Below are positions 27,212 through 35,776 of a stretch of 64,000 nt of DNA, piece by piece (position 1 is the first letter of the stretch; every line of letters starts with the position of its first letter). The notes under the pieces were generated by a model. It made no database searches and was not told the DNA's origin. It saw nothing but the letters and a program-made list of their open reading frames with translations. Both the position numbers and the translations under genes were made by a program. This DNA comes from a virus (lineage: Duplodnaviria; Caudoviricetes): IMG/VR virus record IMGVR_UViG_3300027749_000034; one strand, written 5' to 3'.

Positions 27212-27505
27212 ATGTACGGCTCAGAAGCCCGCCAAGTTTGGACGGATCAGCCCCCTACCCCATCTGATGTTAGCGAGTGGCTCCGCGAACAAAGGAAGAG
27301 TTGGTCCGTCCGACCTTACCCCAAAGGAGCCACAATTAATGAAGTTACCAGATGGGCCAGGGAACAGGGATTAAAGCGATTAGATTGGGACTTTGTACCA
27401 AAGCAATACGTCTGGTTTAGAGAACCACAAGTAGCAATGATTTGGGATATTTCAGGACCACAAAATAAAGTAGAAAAAACGGTTGACCTGAATCAGGATA
27501 CATAG
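27212..27505 (+). CDS. Hypothetical protein, possibly of the dispersed paralog family
   Basis: VTRWAREQG...WFREPQVAMIW; start uncertain. Confidence 0.45.
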   Translation: MYGSEARQVWTDQPPTPSDVSEWLREQRKSWSVRPYPKGATINEVTRWAREQGLKRLDWDFVPKQYVWFREPQVAMIWDISGPQNKVEKTVDLNQDT

Positions 27506-27511
27506 TATAAT
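27483..27511 (+). promoter_or_regulatory. Sigma70-type (early) promoter
   Basis: A-tract then TTGACC(27483-27488)-17 nt-TATAAT(27506-27511); CCTGA-A-TCAGG palindrome at 27487-27497. Confidence 0.8.
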
Positions 27512-27544
27512 ACATACATATACAAACAAGTTGGAGCCACCAAA

Positions 27545-28753
27545 ATGTCAAAGATGATTGCTAGAGACAAACTAATTAAGAGCCGTGTTGCTATGCTGTT
27601 AAAGTATCCGTTCTGGGGTCCTCTTGCGGCACGTCTTATTCTAGAAGAAGTTGAATGGTGCAATACTATTGCAACAGACGGTCGTAAATTTTACTACAAC
27701 AAGGCATTCGTTGACAAGCTCAGCGATGGTGAAATGATTTTTGGCTTTGGCCACGAACTTGGACATATCATCTTTGAGCACATGACACGCCGTGGCGACC
27801 GTGTGCCACAAATTTGGAACATGGCAGGTGACTATGTTATCAACAACATGCTGATCCGTGAAAGCGTTGGCACTCCAATTACAGCCGTTTCCATCTTGGC
27901 AGATCGCAAGTACGAAGGCAAAACTGCCGACGAAGTCTATGACGACTTGTTTGACAATGCTGTAAAAATTCAAGTTACCTTAGACGACCACTTGGACATG
28001 GAAGGTGATGGCGATGGCGAAGGCGAAGGTAACGGGCCTGGCAAAGACGGCAAAGGCAGGCCCAAGTTTAAGAAACTGTCAGAAGAAGAAAAGAAAGCCC
28101 TGCGCGATGAATGGCGTGAAGCTGTGATACAGGCCGCCAAGCAAGCAGGCGCAGGCAATACTCCTGCCGCTATCCAGCGTCTGGTTAAAGATGTTACTGC
28201 TCCTGTAATGGATTTGAAGGACTTGTTGCGTATTCAATTTAGTGGCTCTGTTAAAAGCGACTACACATGGATGCGTCCAAACCGCAAGGGCTGGCACACC
28301 GGTGCAGTATTGCCTGGACAATTACCTGGTGAAGAGCTTGACATTGTAGTGGCATTAGATGCATCTGGTTCCATTGATGAAGGCATGTTGATGGACTTCC
28401 TGGGCATGGTGCAAGGTAGCTTGGATCAGTTTACTTCTTACAAGGTACGGATAGTTACATTTGATACAGATGTATACCACGAAGATACATTTACCGGTGA
28501 TGACGGTCGTAGCATGGGTGAATATCAAGTTACCGGTGGCGGCGGAACAGACTTTGCTTGTGTATGGCAATGGATGAAAGATAACGATGTTAACCCGCAT
28601 CAACTTGTAATGTTCACAGACGGCTACCCGTTTGGCACTTGGGGCGACCCAGACTACTGCGACACGCTGTTTGTTGTACACGGAAGCAACGAAATTACAG
28701 CACCGTTTGGTATCACTGCCAATTATGTTCCACCAGGAAGAAAACGGAATTAA
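27545..28753 (+). CDS. DUF2201-like metallopeptidase + VWA domain protein (MoxR partner)
   Basis: IATDGR, HELGH (HExxH), AGDYVIN; MIDAS DASGS, GGGGTDF, FTDG. Confidence 0.88.
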   Translation: MSKMIARDKLIKSRVAMLLKYPFWGPLAARLILEEVEWCNTIATDGRKFYYNKAFVDKLSDGEMIFGFGHELGHIIFEHMTRRGDRVPQIWNMAGDYVINNMLIRESVGTPITAVSILADRKYEGKTADEVYDDLFDNAVKIQVTLDDHLDMEGDGDGEGEGNGPGKDGKGRPKFKKLSEEEKKALRDEWREAVIQAAKQAGAGNTPAAIQRLVKDVTAPVMDLKDLLRIQFSGSVKSDYTWMRPNRKGWHTGAVLPGQLPGEELDIVVALDASGSIDEGMLMDFLGMVQGSLDQFTSYKVRIVTFDTDVYHEDTFTGDDGRSMGEYQVTGGGGTDFACVWQWMKDNDVNPHQLVMFTDGYPFGTWGDPDYCDTLFVVHGSNEITAPFGITANYVPPGRKRN

Positions 28754-28769
28754 TTTTACTACACTTGTT

Positions 28770-28797
28770 AAAACGCACTACGGTGCGTTTTTTTTTT
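28770..28797 (+). terminator. Rho-independent terminator
   Basis: AAAACGCAC-TACG-GTGCGTTTT stem with a cUACGg tetraloop followed by a run of 10 T. Confidence 0.9.
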
Positions 28798-28868
28798 GGT
28801 CTAACATCCGGTTCTCCAATGCTATAAGTATCTAAGGACAAATTCCGTTCTAACCTAGGAGATTTTAA

Positions 28869-29150
28869 ATGGAACAAGATACAGTAGTAAATGAAGCACC
28901 GGCAACTGAAGCGCCAGCCGCAGTGGTAGGGTTAACATTACAAGATTTAAGAGTGCTTGCTGGTTCAATTGAACTTGGCGCACAGCGTGGTGCATATCGC
29001 GCACAAGAGATGGAAGTCATTGGTTCAACCTATAACAAATTGGCCAAGTTTCTAGAAGCCAATGCACCAAAAGAAGAAGAGGCACCAGCTTCAACCGAAG
29101 GCGCACCCACTGGCGTAGAAGTTACCGAAACTGCTACTTCAGCTGAATAA
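28869..29150 (+). CDS. Hypothetical protein, acidic low-complexity termini
   Basis: AGGAG RBS; TATAAGTA late-like box at 28823-28830. Confidence 0.7.
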   Translation: MEQDTVVNEAPATEAPAAVVGLTLQDLRVLAGSIELGAQRGAYRAQEMEVIGSTYNKLAKFLEANAPKEEEAPASTEGAPTGVEVTETATSAE

Positions 29151-29165
29151 TTAAGGAGGTTACCA

Positions 29166-29759
29166 ATGGCACAATTTATCAAACACGTCGGTGTTAATAT
29201 TAACGGCAAAAAAGTAGTTGTTGTTTTTAGAGAGGTACCAGGCGAGCCTGAATCGGCATTGGTAATCCTAACTGAATCATTGCCAACAAATCATCATGAT
29301 GATTTAATAAAAGCAATCGAAAGTAATCCTTGTCAGAGTTCGATGGATCCAAGTGAGTTTCTGTTTCGACAATCATTTCATGACGGTACCAATATGTTAA
29401 ACACCGTACATCAAAAAGGATGGATGGTTAAAGTTCCTACAAAAAGTATTTTAATGGTTCCTTCGCCTGGCGTTGAAATTAACTTGGTTGAGTTAAACAA
29501 ACAACTAAAGGGCATTGCAAATACCAGCGCCGCAAGTGGTACTAGATCAGCAGATATTGCAAATACATCATCGCCGTCGGCACCTGGTGTACTAGATGAT
29601 GCGGCACTTGCATCAAAGTTTCGTTCGCAAGCTATGACATTTCAAGCCGAAGCTCGCAAGCTTTTAGAGGAGGCAGAGAAACTTGACCCAAAAGGACAGG
29701 TAGCAGTAGAAGAGGTAAAGCGAGGCCGAGGGCGGCCAGCAAAAGTACAAGTGGTTTAA
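29166..29759 (+). CDS. Hypothetical protein with a C-terminal AT-hook-like motif
   Basis: AAGGAGG RBS; KRGRGRPAK at the C-terminus. Confidence 0.7.
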   Translation: MAQFIKHVGVNINGKKVVVVFREVPGEPESALVILTESLPTNHHDDLIKAIESNPCQSSMDPSEFLFRQSFHDGTNMLNTVHQKGWMVKVPTKSILMVPSPGVEINLVELNKQLKGIANTSAASGTRSADIANTSSPSAPGVLDDAALASKFRSQAMTFQAEARKLLEEAEKLDPKGQVAVEEVKRGRGRPAKVQVV

Positions 29760-29802
29760 ATACACGCATACTTGATCGTATTAAATCTTTTTGGAGTAGA
29801 TA

Positions 29803-30102
29803 ATGAGTATTCGAAAGAAGGACAGAAGTTTTGAGAACATGCTTAAAGATATTCGTGTTGAAGAAGTTCCTGTTGAATACATAGATTGGATTAAAGTTTA
29901 TCTTAATGATGGCACAGAAATTATTTTTAAGAAAGAAGATTTGACCGATATTAAAACTAGCAAAGAAGTTTTAGCAATAAAACAACTTGAACAATACCTA
30001 GATCGTATTGTTGATTTTGAAGTAATGATGAATAGCGAGTTGATTAAATCTAGAGTAACTCGATTTGTTGGTGCATTACTGGCAACACATTTTGAGAGAT
30101 AA
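29803..30102 (+). CDS. Hypothetical protein
   Basis: GGAG RBS; 99 aa. Confidence 0.65.
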   Translation: MSIRKKDRSFENMLKDIRVEEVPVEYIDWIKVYLNDGTEIIFKKEDLTDIKTSKEVLAIKQLEQYLDRIVDFEVMMNSELIKSRVTRFVGALLATHFER

Positions 30103-30104
30103 AC

Positions 30105-30809
30105 ATGGACCTATTATTAGTAAACCCGCCTGATACTGCAATGAATTATATTTTTGCTCTCTTAGAGAAAGAAATTGATTTAACAGTTGTAGTAACGCAC
30201 AACCGTTTCAATGCCGAAATGCTGGATCGGAGTTTGATTAAAGTAATTGATCTAGAAACATCTATATGGGATAGCACAGAAGAGATTACATCTGCTATTT
30301 CTTGGAATCGACCCGGGCAGGATTTTTTAGATTCAATTGCTGGACAAATTGCATTGTCCAATTCAAAGGGATTACTGCAAGAACGACAGCGGCTACAAAT
30401 AGATCCAAAAATTCAGGTTGGTACATATATGCTTGATCTATTGTCGTACAAAGGTCGGCATGTACTTTGTAGTGTTATGATTCGACAAGAAGAAATATTC
30501 AGATTCCAAGAAGATCAAGATTCGGCAGAGTTTAAAAATAATGTAGAAACGGCTTTTCAAACAGTAGATGACGCTGGTATTATCAACGGGCCAAGTAGAG
30601 TGTTTATAACAGGCGACTTGGTTGCATTAAAACCATCATTGCCGGATCGTGCATTTTTAGAAAGAAAAGTTGCCAAGCGATTTCTTGATGTGTGGCCAAA
30701 TGTTATAAAATTTGAAAAAGACAACCCAAAGAAAGCACATCTTACATTTTATGATTGGGTAGAAAAGTACGGTAATGCAAAACGATATAGTTTAAATCTT
30801 ACTGGTTAA
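30105..30809 (+). CDS. Hypothetical protein
   Basis: 234 aa in-operon ORF. Confidence 0.6.
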   Translation: MDLLLVNPPDTAMNYIFALLEKEIDLTVVVTHNRFNAEMLDRSLIKVIDLETSIWDSTEEITSAISWNRPGQDFLDSIAGQIALSNSKGLLQERQRLQIDPKIQVGTYMLDLLSYKGRHVLCSVMIRQEEIFRFQEDQDSAEFKNNVETAFQTVDDAGIINGPSRVFITGDLVALKPSLPDRAFLERKVAKRFLDVWPNVIKFEKDNPKKAHLTFYDWVEKYGNAKRYSLNLTG

Positions 30810-31258
30810 GTTGGTTTATGGGACTTGAATAATAAGTCCCAAATTGGCAAAAACAATCCAAAGTTTGAATTAGTGTCATGATGGTGAATTAGATGCCATT
30901 TTCCACTGGTTAAAAATGGAGACCAATCAAACTGTTTATTGTGTTCAATTACCTCTTGTAACAATGCGGCCCAGAGATAATAAAATACACTTAGCCACCA
31001 ATAGCCAGTTATCCAAGAAAAGATTAGAGTTGGTATCACCTCAGTTATCCACAAATCTAATGTGCTCATCCATGTATCATTGAATAAGAACAAATTGTTC
31101 CAATGCCATGTTGTTTGTTTGTTTATATTAATATAACGATGGTGATCTGCATGTGCTGTAAATGCAAGTGGTGCAAATTTCAACCCAATTGAATGTATAG
31201 TCCGATGTATTACATACAGATATAAGGTCCAAGTCAAGAAAGAAAAAATGTATTCCAT
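30806..31258 (-). CDS. Fatty acid hydroxylase / sterol desaturase family membrane protein
   Basis: His boxes YVIHRTIH, HADHHR, HLIHH; NFGLFLPIWD.LF. Confidence 0.8.
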   Translation of the reverse strand: MEYIFSFLTWTLYLYVIHRTIHSIGLKFAPLAFTAHADHHRYININKQTTWHWNNLFLFNDTWMSTLDLWITEVIPTLIFSWITGYWWLSVFYYLWAALLQEVIEHNKQFDWSPFLTSGKWHLIHHHDTNSNFGLFLPIWDLLFKSHKPT

Positions 31259-31295
31259 GCTTTACTTATTAGAAAAACTGATAAGGGTATACTCC

Positions 31296-31303
31296 AATAA
31301 ATA
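31296..31303 (+). promoter_or_regulatory. T4-late-type promoter
   Basis: AATAAATA then 5 nt then ATG 31309; a divergent AATAAGTA box (31263-31270, - strand) lies 4 nt before the 31258 start. Confidence 0.55.
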
Positions 31304-31308
31304 TTCGG

Positions 31309-31839
31309 ATGGAATACTACAAAGAGATCAATCTTCCAAATTGGGAGAAAATTCAAAAATTTTGCCTGGAAAAGTGGACAGGTAAATTTACGCTTAGTCA
31401 AACTTTTCAAGGCGAACAATTGCGCTACATTGGAATGCTGTTGAAAAAAGACATCAAAGAAGTACTGGGCATTGATGTCAAAGTTAAAACAGCAATCATG
31501 TTTATAAATGAGCCTAGATTTGTACAAGATATGCATATCGACGGATTTCAAATTGATCGTGCAAATGCCAGTAATACTGCACTTAACTTGCCAATACTAA
31601 ATTGTGACACTGGACTAATGAAATGGTACAGTGGAGAGTTTTATCTTACTGAAAGCCCGCATAAATCTATCAAATATCTGAAAATTAACTGGACCACTGA
31701 GTCAAAGGTCGCTGTTGAAAAAATTATCAATCGGCCAACCATTGTTAAAATAAACATTCCACACCACATTGAAAATCAATGTGACCTGCCAAGATTGATG
31801 TTGAGTGTTCGCTTCACTGAAGACATCCTCATTGGCTAA
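31309..31839 (+). CDS. Fe(II)/2OG oxygenase-like (Asp/Asn beta-hydroxylase-like) protein
   Basis: MHIDG (HxD), PHHIEN, PRLMLSVRF. Confidence 0.6.
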   Translation: MEYYKEINLPNWEKIQKFCLEKWTGKFTLSQTFQGEQLRYIGMLLKKDIKEVLGIDVKVKTAIMFINEPRFVQDMHIDGFQIDRANASNTALNLPILNCDTGLMKWYSGEFYLTESPHKSIKYLKINWTTESKVAVEKIINRPTIVKINIPHHIENQCDLPRLMLSVRFTEDILIG

Positions 31840-31885
31840 TCCTCAGCGGATTATTGGCATACATAAATTATATTAGGAGATAGCT

Positions 31886-32506
31886 ATGCGTTGGGTTGCA
31901 CTTGCATGTACCGCCGAGAATGAAATACTCGCTTGGTCCAATGATTTATCAATTTTAGAAAGTGGATGCTCGGGAGAATTCCGAGCAATTTGCAGAATCT
32001 ACGGAGTTGATGATCAGTTTGTTAATCAGTTTGCCAAGGGAAATTTAAATTTTAGATTAAAGTTTGATGGCCCTAGAAACACCACCTGCGAACCATTTGA
32101 AAGAAACAATGAAGTGATAATGTTGAGTGCTGTACTGCAAGCCAGGGTGGGGCTAACAGCTGAACTTTATCAAAGACTGGCACATGGGTTTAAAAGATTT
32201 AGTCCAGTGGTTGAATGGCAACAAGATGCATACGAAGAAAAGTATCGTCAAGCTGTAGAAGTTGTCAATGGTAAAACTGAAAATATTGGCATGGTCAATG
32301 ACTATGCTGAAGAATCTGGACTTGCTATCAATATTGCCGCTGGCCTAATTGTAAACAAGTATCAGAATAGAAAATTTCTAATACGAAAACTCGAGCGGCT
32401 ACGCATGCGTCACCAAATTGCAATCCGCCAAGCCTCAAGTAAATTTGATCTAGCACAAGTTAGAGCCAATATGGAAGAAGATTCCTTTTTATCAATGATG
32501 ATGTGA
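31886..32506 (+). CDS. Hypothetical protein (helical C-terminus, tail-assembly-like)
   Basis: AGGAG RBS; QQDAYEEKYRQA...YAEESG. Confidence 0.6.
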   Translation: MRWVALACTAENEILAWSNDLSILESGCSGEFRAICRIYGVDDQFVNQFAKGNLNFRLKFDGPRNTTCEPFERNNEVIMLSAVLQARVGLTAELYQRLAHGFKRFSPVVEWQQDAYEEKYRQAVEVVNGKTENIGMVNDYAEESGLAINIAAGLIVNKYQNRKFLIRKLERLRMRHQIAIRQASSKFDLAQVRANMEEDSFLSMMM

Positions 32507-32507
32507 C

Positions 32508-33584
32508 ATGAAAAAATTACTATACTATATTCCACACAGAATTTATCGTGCCAATTCAATGCACGATGTAAACCCAGTTACAAAAGAATTTATTAAAATG
32601 TTCAATCCTTGGATTAGTCTAAGCGATAGAACAAATACTATTACAATACCCGGTGTAGAAATTTTTAATAACAGTCCTATTCCAGTTCTACCTGCGGTAG
32701 TTCCTTCATTCTCATCTGCCAGCTACAGTAGAATTGACGAATGTATTGCAATTGCAAATAGTCGTGGAGCAGAGAAGATTGTTGTTTTTTACTCAGGTGG
32801 TATCGATTCTACACTAATTGTATCTTTGTTAATCAGTCATCCAGATTGGAGTTCTCTCAAAGAGAAAATTTGGTTGGCAATCAATGAAGACAGTCAACTT
32901 GAAAATCCAAAATTCTTTGATGAGATTGTACTACCAAACTTTGGTACAAAGTTACTGCCCAGTAACAATTACTATGGAATTATCACTGATTCAAAGAATG
33001 TTTGCATTACTGGCGAATGTGCAGATAACTTGTTTGGTAGTCTGACGCTAAAAAGTTACATGGATAACACATTAAACTACAATGCAATACACGAACCCTG
33101 GGATGGAGAAACGGGCAGTTTAAATTGGTTGCTGGATAAAGTTAATTTATACAGGGATCAACGAGAGCAAATGCTGTATGACTTGGTCAATGCGGCGCCT
33201 GTTGATATTCGTAGTAACCATGATTTTCTGTGGTGGTTAAACTATACAATGAAGTGGCAAGCTGTCAAGTACCGCATGGCAATGCATGCTCCGACAGCAA
33301 CTGATGCAGAATACATTGCTGGTAATATTATCAACTTCTTTGATAGTCAATCTTATCAGGAATGGGCATTATACACCACTGAACAGAAGGTTGGTACTAC
33401 ATGGAATTCTTATAAGCTTCCGGCCAAGGCTTTGATCAATGATATCTGGGCCAATGCTGAATATCAAACATACAAAACCAAGTGGCCAAGCTTGCCAAGT
33501 ATCACTCGTTATAATAATGCTTGGGGATTTTTGTGGCAGAATGAAGATGGTTCGTTCACTGCCACAAAGGAATTAGACGACTAA
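32508..33584 (+). CDS. PP-loop ATP pyrophosphatase, asparagine synthetase C-terminal-like, no glutaminase domain
   Basis: VFYSGGIDST, ITGECADNLFG, K.PAK. Confidence 0.65.
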   Translation: MKKLLYYIPHRIYRANSMHDVNPVTKEFIKMFNPWISLSDRTNTITIPGVEIFNNSPIPVLPAVVPSFSSASYSRIDECIAIANSRGAEKIVVFYSGGIDSTLIVSLLISHPDWSSLKEKIWLAINEDSQLENPKFFDEIVLPNFGTKLLPSNNYYGIITDSKNVCITGECADNLFGSLTLKSYMDNTLNYNAIHEPWDGETGSLNWLLDKVNLYRDQREQMLYDLVNAAPVDIRSNHDFLWWLNYTMKWQAVKYRMAMHAPTATDAEYIAGNIINFFDSQSYQEWALYTTEQKVGTTWNSYKLPAKALINDIWANAEYQTYKTKWPSLPSITRYNNAWGFLWQNEDGSFTATKELDD

Positions 33585-34238
33585 GTCAGTGGCCATTGGG
33601 AAGATTTTAGCAATTACTTCGGCACATGCTCGTGCCACTTCCTGATGTTCCTTTTGTGTGCCATTTGCACTGCGTAGTTCAATAAAGTGAATCCAGCTAC
33701 GCAATGTTCCATTCATATACAAACGACTAACAGTCAAGCCCTCAGGTAAAACTGCTCGGGCTTGTTCTTTGGCAATGCCATTGGCAATGGCCCAATCATA
33801 TGCATTGGTGGCCGCGTCAATGACTGCCTGTTGTTTATCAAGCCAAACCATTTGTGTTTCGTGCTCTACTGAGTCGATACTGTTTTGTCTATTTTTGGGA
33901 TCTTGTAACCGTGCTTCTCTAAGTACGAATGACAAGTCTTTAGTAGGATCAGCATATCGTTGGCTGAACTCTTGGAAACTAAAACTTCTGTGTCGCAAGA
34001 TTTGACGGGCAATGTCTCTAGTGGTTGTGATTTCAATACAGGCACTGACCATTTCAAGTGGACTCCAGTGTGCGTGTTTGATAAGGTATCTAATAAGCTT
34101 TTCTGATGTGTCAGTGTTAAGCTGATTGGCAGGATTGGACACACGGGCGCAATACGCAATGAGTTCCTGTGCATCCGTGATGCCAAGATCTGCAAATTCT
34201 TTAGTTGGATTTGAGTAGCTGAGTAGTCGTACATTCAT
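33573..34238 (-). CDS. thyX: FAD-dependent thymidylate synthase
   Basis: CARVS, HWSPLE, RQILRHRSFSFQEFSQRY, ARAVLP, N..LRSW.HF. Confidence 0.95.
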   Translation of the reverse strand: MNVRLLSYSNPTKEFADLGITDAQELIAYCARVSNPANQLNTDTSEKLIRYLIKHAHWSPLEMVSACIEITTTRDIARQILRHRSFSFQEFSQRYADPTKDLSFVLREARLQDPKNRQNSIDSVEHETQMVWLDKQQAVIDAATNAYDWAIANGIAKEQARAVLPEGLTVSRLYMNGTLRSWIHFIELRSANGTQKEHQEVARACAEVIAKIFPMATDLVV

Positions 34239-35137
34239 GTAAGTTCCTTTTTATCAATTATAGCATCTTTTCTAATAGACCACAATCTTTTTATCTCACT
34301 TGGCGGAGCAAACGGCAATACTAATAACATGCAAGGATCAAATTCAACAGCTCTTCCGCTGACACTGGAACCAAAATCAAAACTACTTGCCTTTTTGTGA
34401 TGGTTGTTGTGCCAACCACTTCCCCAGTGGAAGTATCCAATCCACCATACATTGGTACTGGCATCTTTATTATCAAAGTTTCGATAGCCTGCGGCTGGAA
34501 CATGTCCAAATGTGTTGACCAGTCCATCTGCATGTAAGCTCATTAAGCTACCTATTACAAAAAACCAAACGGTAAAAGTAAGGCCAAACAGTAGCCAGCT
34601 TAATAATAGTGTAGCATAGATAATCTTGTTGTAATTTTCATGGATGAATGTAATTCGTTTATCTCTAAGCAAATCAACTGCATGTCTAAAGCTCACACTA
34701 TTTTGTGTGATGGCAAATTGCCAGCCCATGTAACTCCACCATTTGCCGTTGTCGACCGGGGTATGAATATCTTTACCAGGCTGATCACTTACGCGATGAT
34801 GATGACCACGATGTAGTGCAACCCACCATAGCGGACTGCCTTCGCCAACCATGGTTGCGGCCCACAATAACAACGGCTCTGCCCACTTGTATGGTGTCCA
34901 ACTTTTATGACTTAAAAATCGATGTAGTGTTAGATTGTTGCCAACACCATCCAGTAGTATCCAGCCGCAAATGGCTGTGACCGGCAACCACCATGACCAT
35001 GCTGTTGTTACAGCATACACAATTGCAATTATTGCCGCAAGGTGGTAAGGAAACCATATTGCTATGATATAAGGAATTTGGCCAGTTTTACTATACAGGG
35101 AGGCCTGGTTATCAAACCAATCTAATACTCTTCTCAT
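34235..35137 (-). CDS. Membrane acyl-lipid/acyl-CoA desaturase (delta-9 type)
   Basis: His boxes LHRFLSH, HRGHH, GWHNNHH; DIHTP; transmembrane segments. Confidence 0.88.
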   Translation of the reverse strand: MRRVLDWFDNQASLYSKTGQIPYIIAIWFPYHLAAIIAIVYAVTTAWSWWLPVTAICGWILLDGVGNNLTLHRFLSHKSWTPYKWAEPLLLWAATMVGEGSPLWWVALHRGHHHRVSDQPGKDIHTPVDNGKWWSYMGWQFAITQNSVSFRHAVDLLRDKRITFIHENYNKIIYATLLLSWLLFGLTFTVWFFVIGSLMSLHADGLVNTFGHVPAAGYRNFDNKDASTNVWWIGYFHWGSGWHNNHHKKASSFDFGSSVSGRAVEFDPCMLLVLPFAPPSEIKRLWSIRKDAIIDKKELT

Positions 35138-35776
35138 TTATTCTTTTTCTCTTCTAATTGCTTTACCACCTTCGCTCGGTGCTTCAGTATTTGGTCGTCG
35201 AAGTATATATCTTCTCAGGTCCATATCATGCGGATGTATTGTACTGCCCATTAAATCATGTATCAATGCGTATGGACTTCTTGATTTTGCAGGAACCATA
35301 CATTCTACAAATGTATAGTACCGTTCTCTAAAAGGAAGCATGATCTTACTGTAAGCCTCGCAACGACTTGCTGGATATGTAACAAAAAATTCATTTAGTC
35401 CAGCATTTTCATGTATAACACAAAGCTGTTCCATGATTTCTCTAAATGTTGGAATAAATCTCACTCCTACCCTAGGACTTAATAACCAACTGACAGACCA
35501 ACTTGGCATTACATTGTATCGACGTACTCCTACTGCGGCAATCCATTGACCATTTTCATCTTCTAATGCATACACTTGTCGTATGTTGAAATTTATAAAG
35601 CTACTGGGCCGTAAAAATGTCATAAAAAATTTACGAAACTTTATGTCGTCATCTATATCGTTTGAAATTTTAAAGTCTGGATATTTGTCTGGATCTGTAT
35701 TTTCGTAGATGTCTAAAGCAAATGTTACCAATTGCTCCAGGTGATCTAAGGTTAATGGTACTAAGCGACTTGACAT
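35138..35776 (-). CDS. Hypothetical protein, possible GNAT fold
   Basis: VYALEDENGQWIAAVGV...WSVSWLL beta pattern; tentative. Confidence 0.4.
   Translation of the reverse strand: MSSRLVPLTLDHLEQLVTFALDIYENTDPDKYPDFKISNDIDDDIKFRKFFMTFLRPSSFINFNIRQVYALEDENGQWIAAVGVRRYNVMPSWSVSWLLSPRVGVRFIPTFREIMEQLCVIHENAGLNEFFVTYPASRCEAYSKIMLPFRERYYTFVECMVPAKSRSPYALIHDLMGSTIHPHDMDLRRYILRRPNTEAPSEGGKAIRREKE

Noticed and set aside
25336-28869. tRNA or structured ncRNA genes in the larger intergenic gaps
   Set aside because: No cloverleaf or TTCGAATC-type T-arm seen; gaps are explained by promoters, palindromes and a terminator
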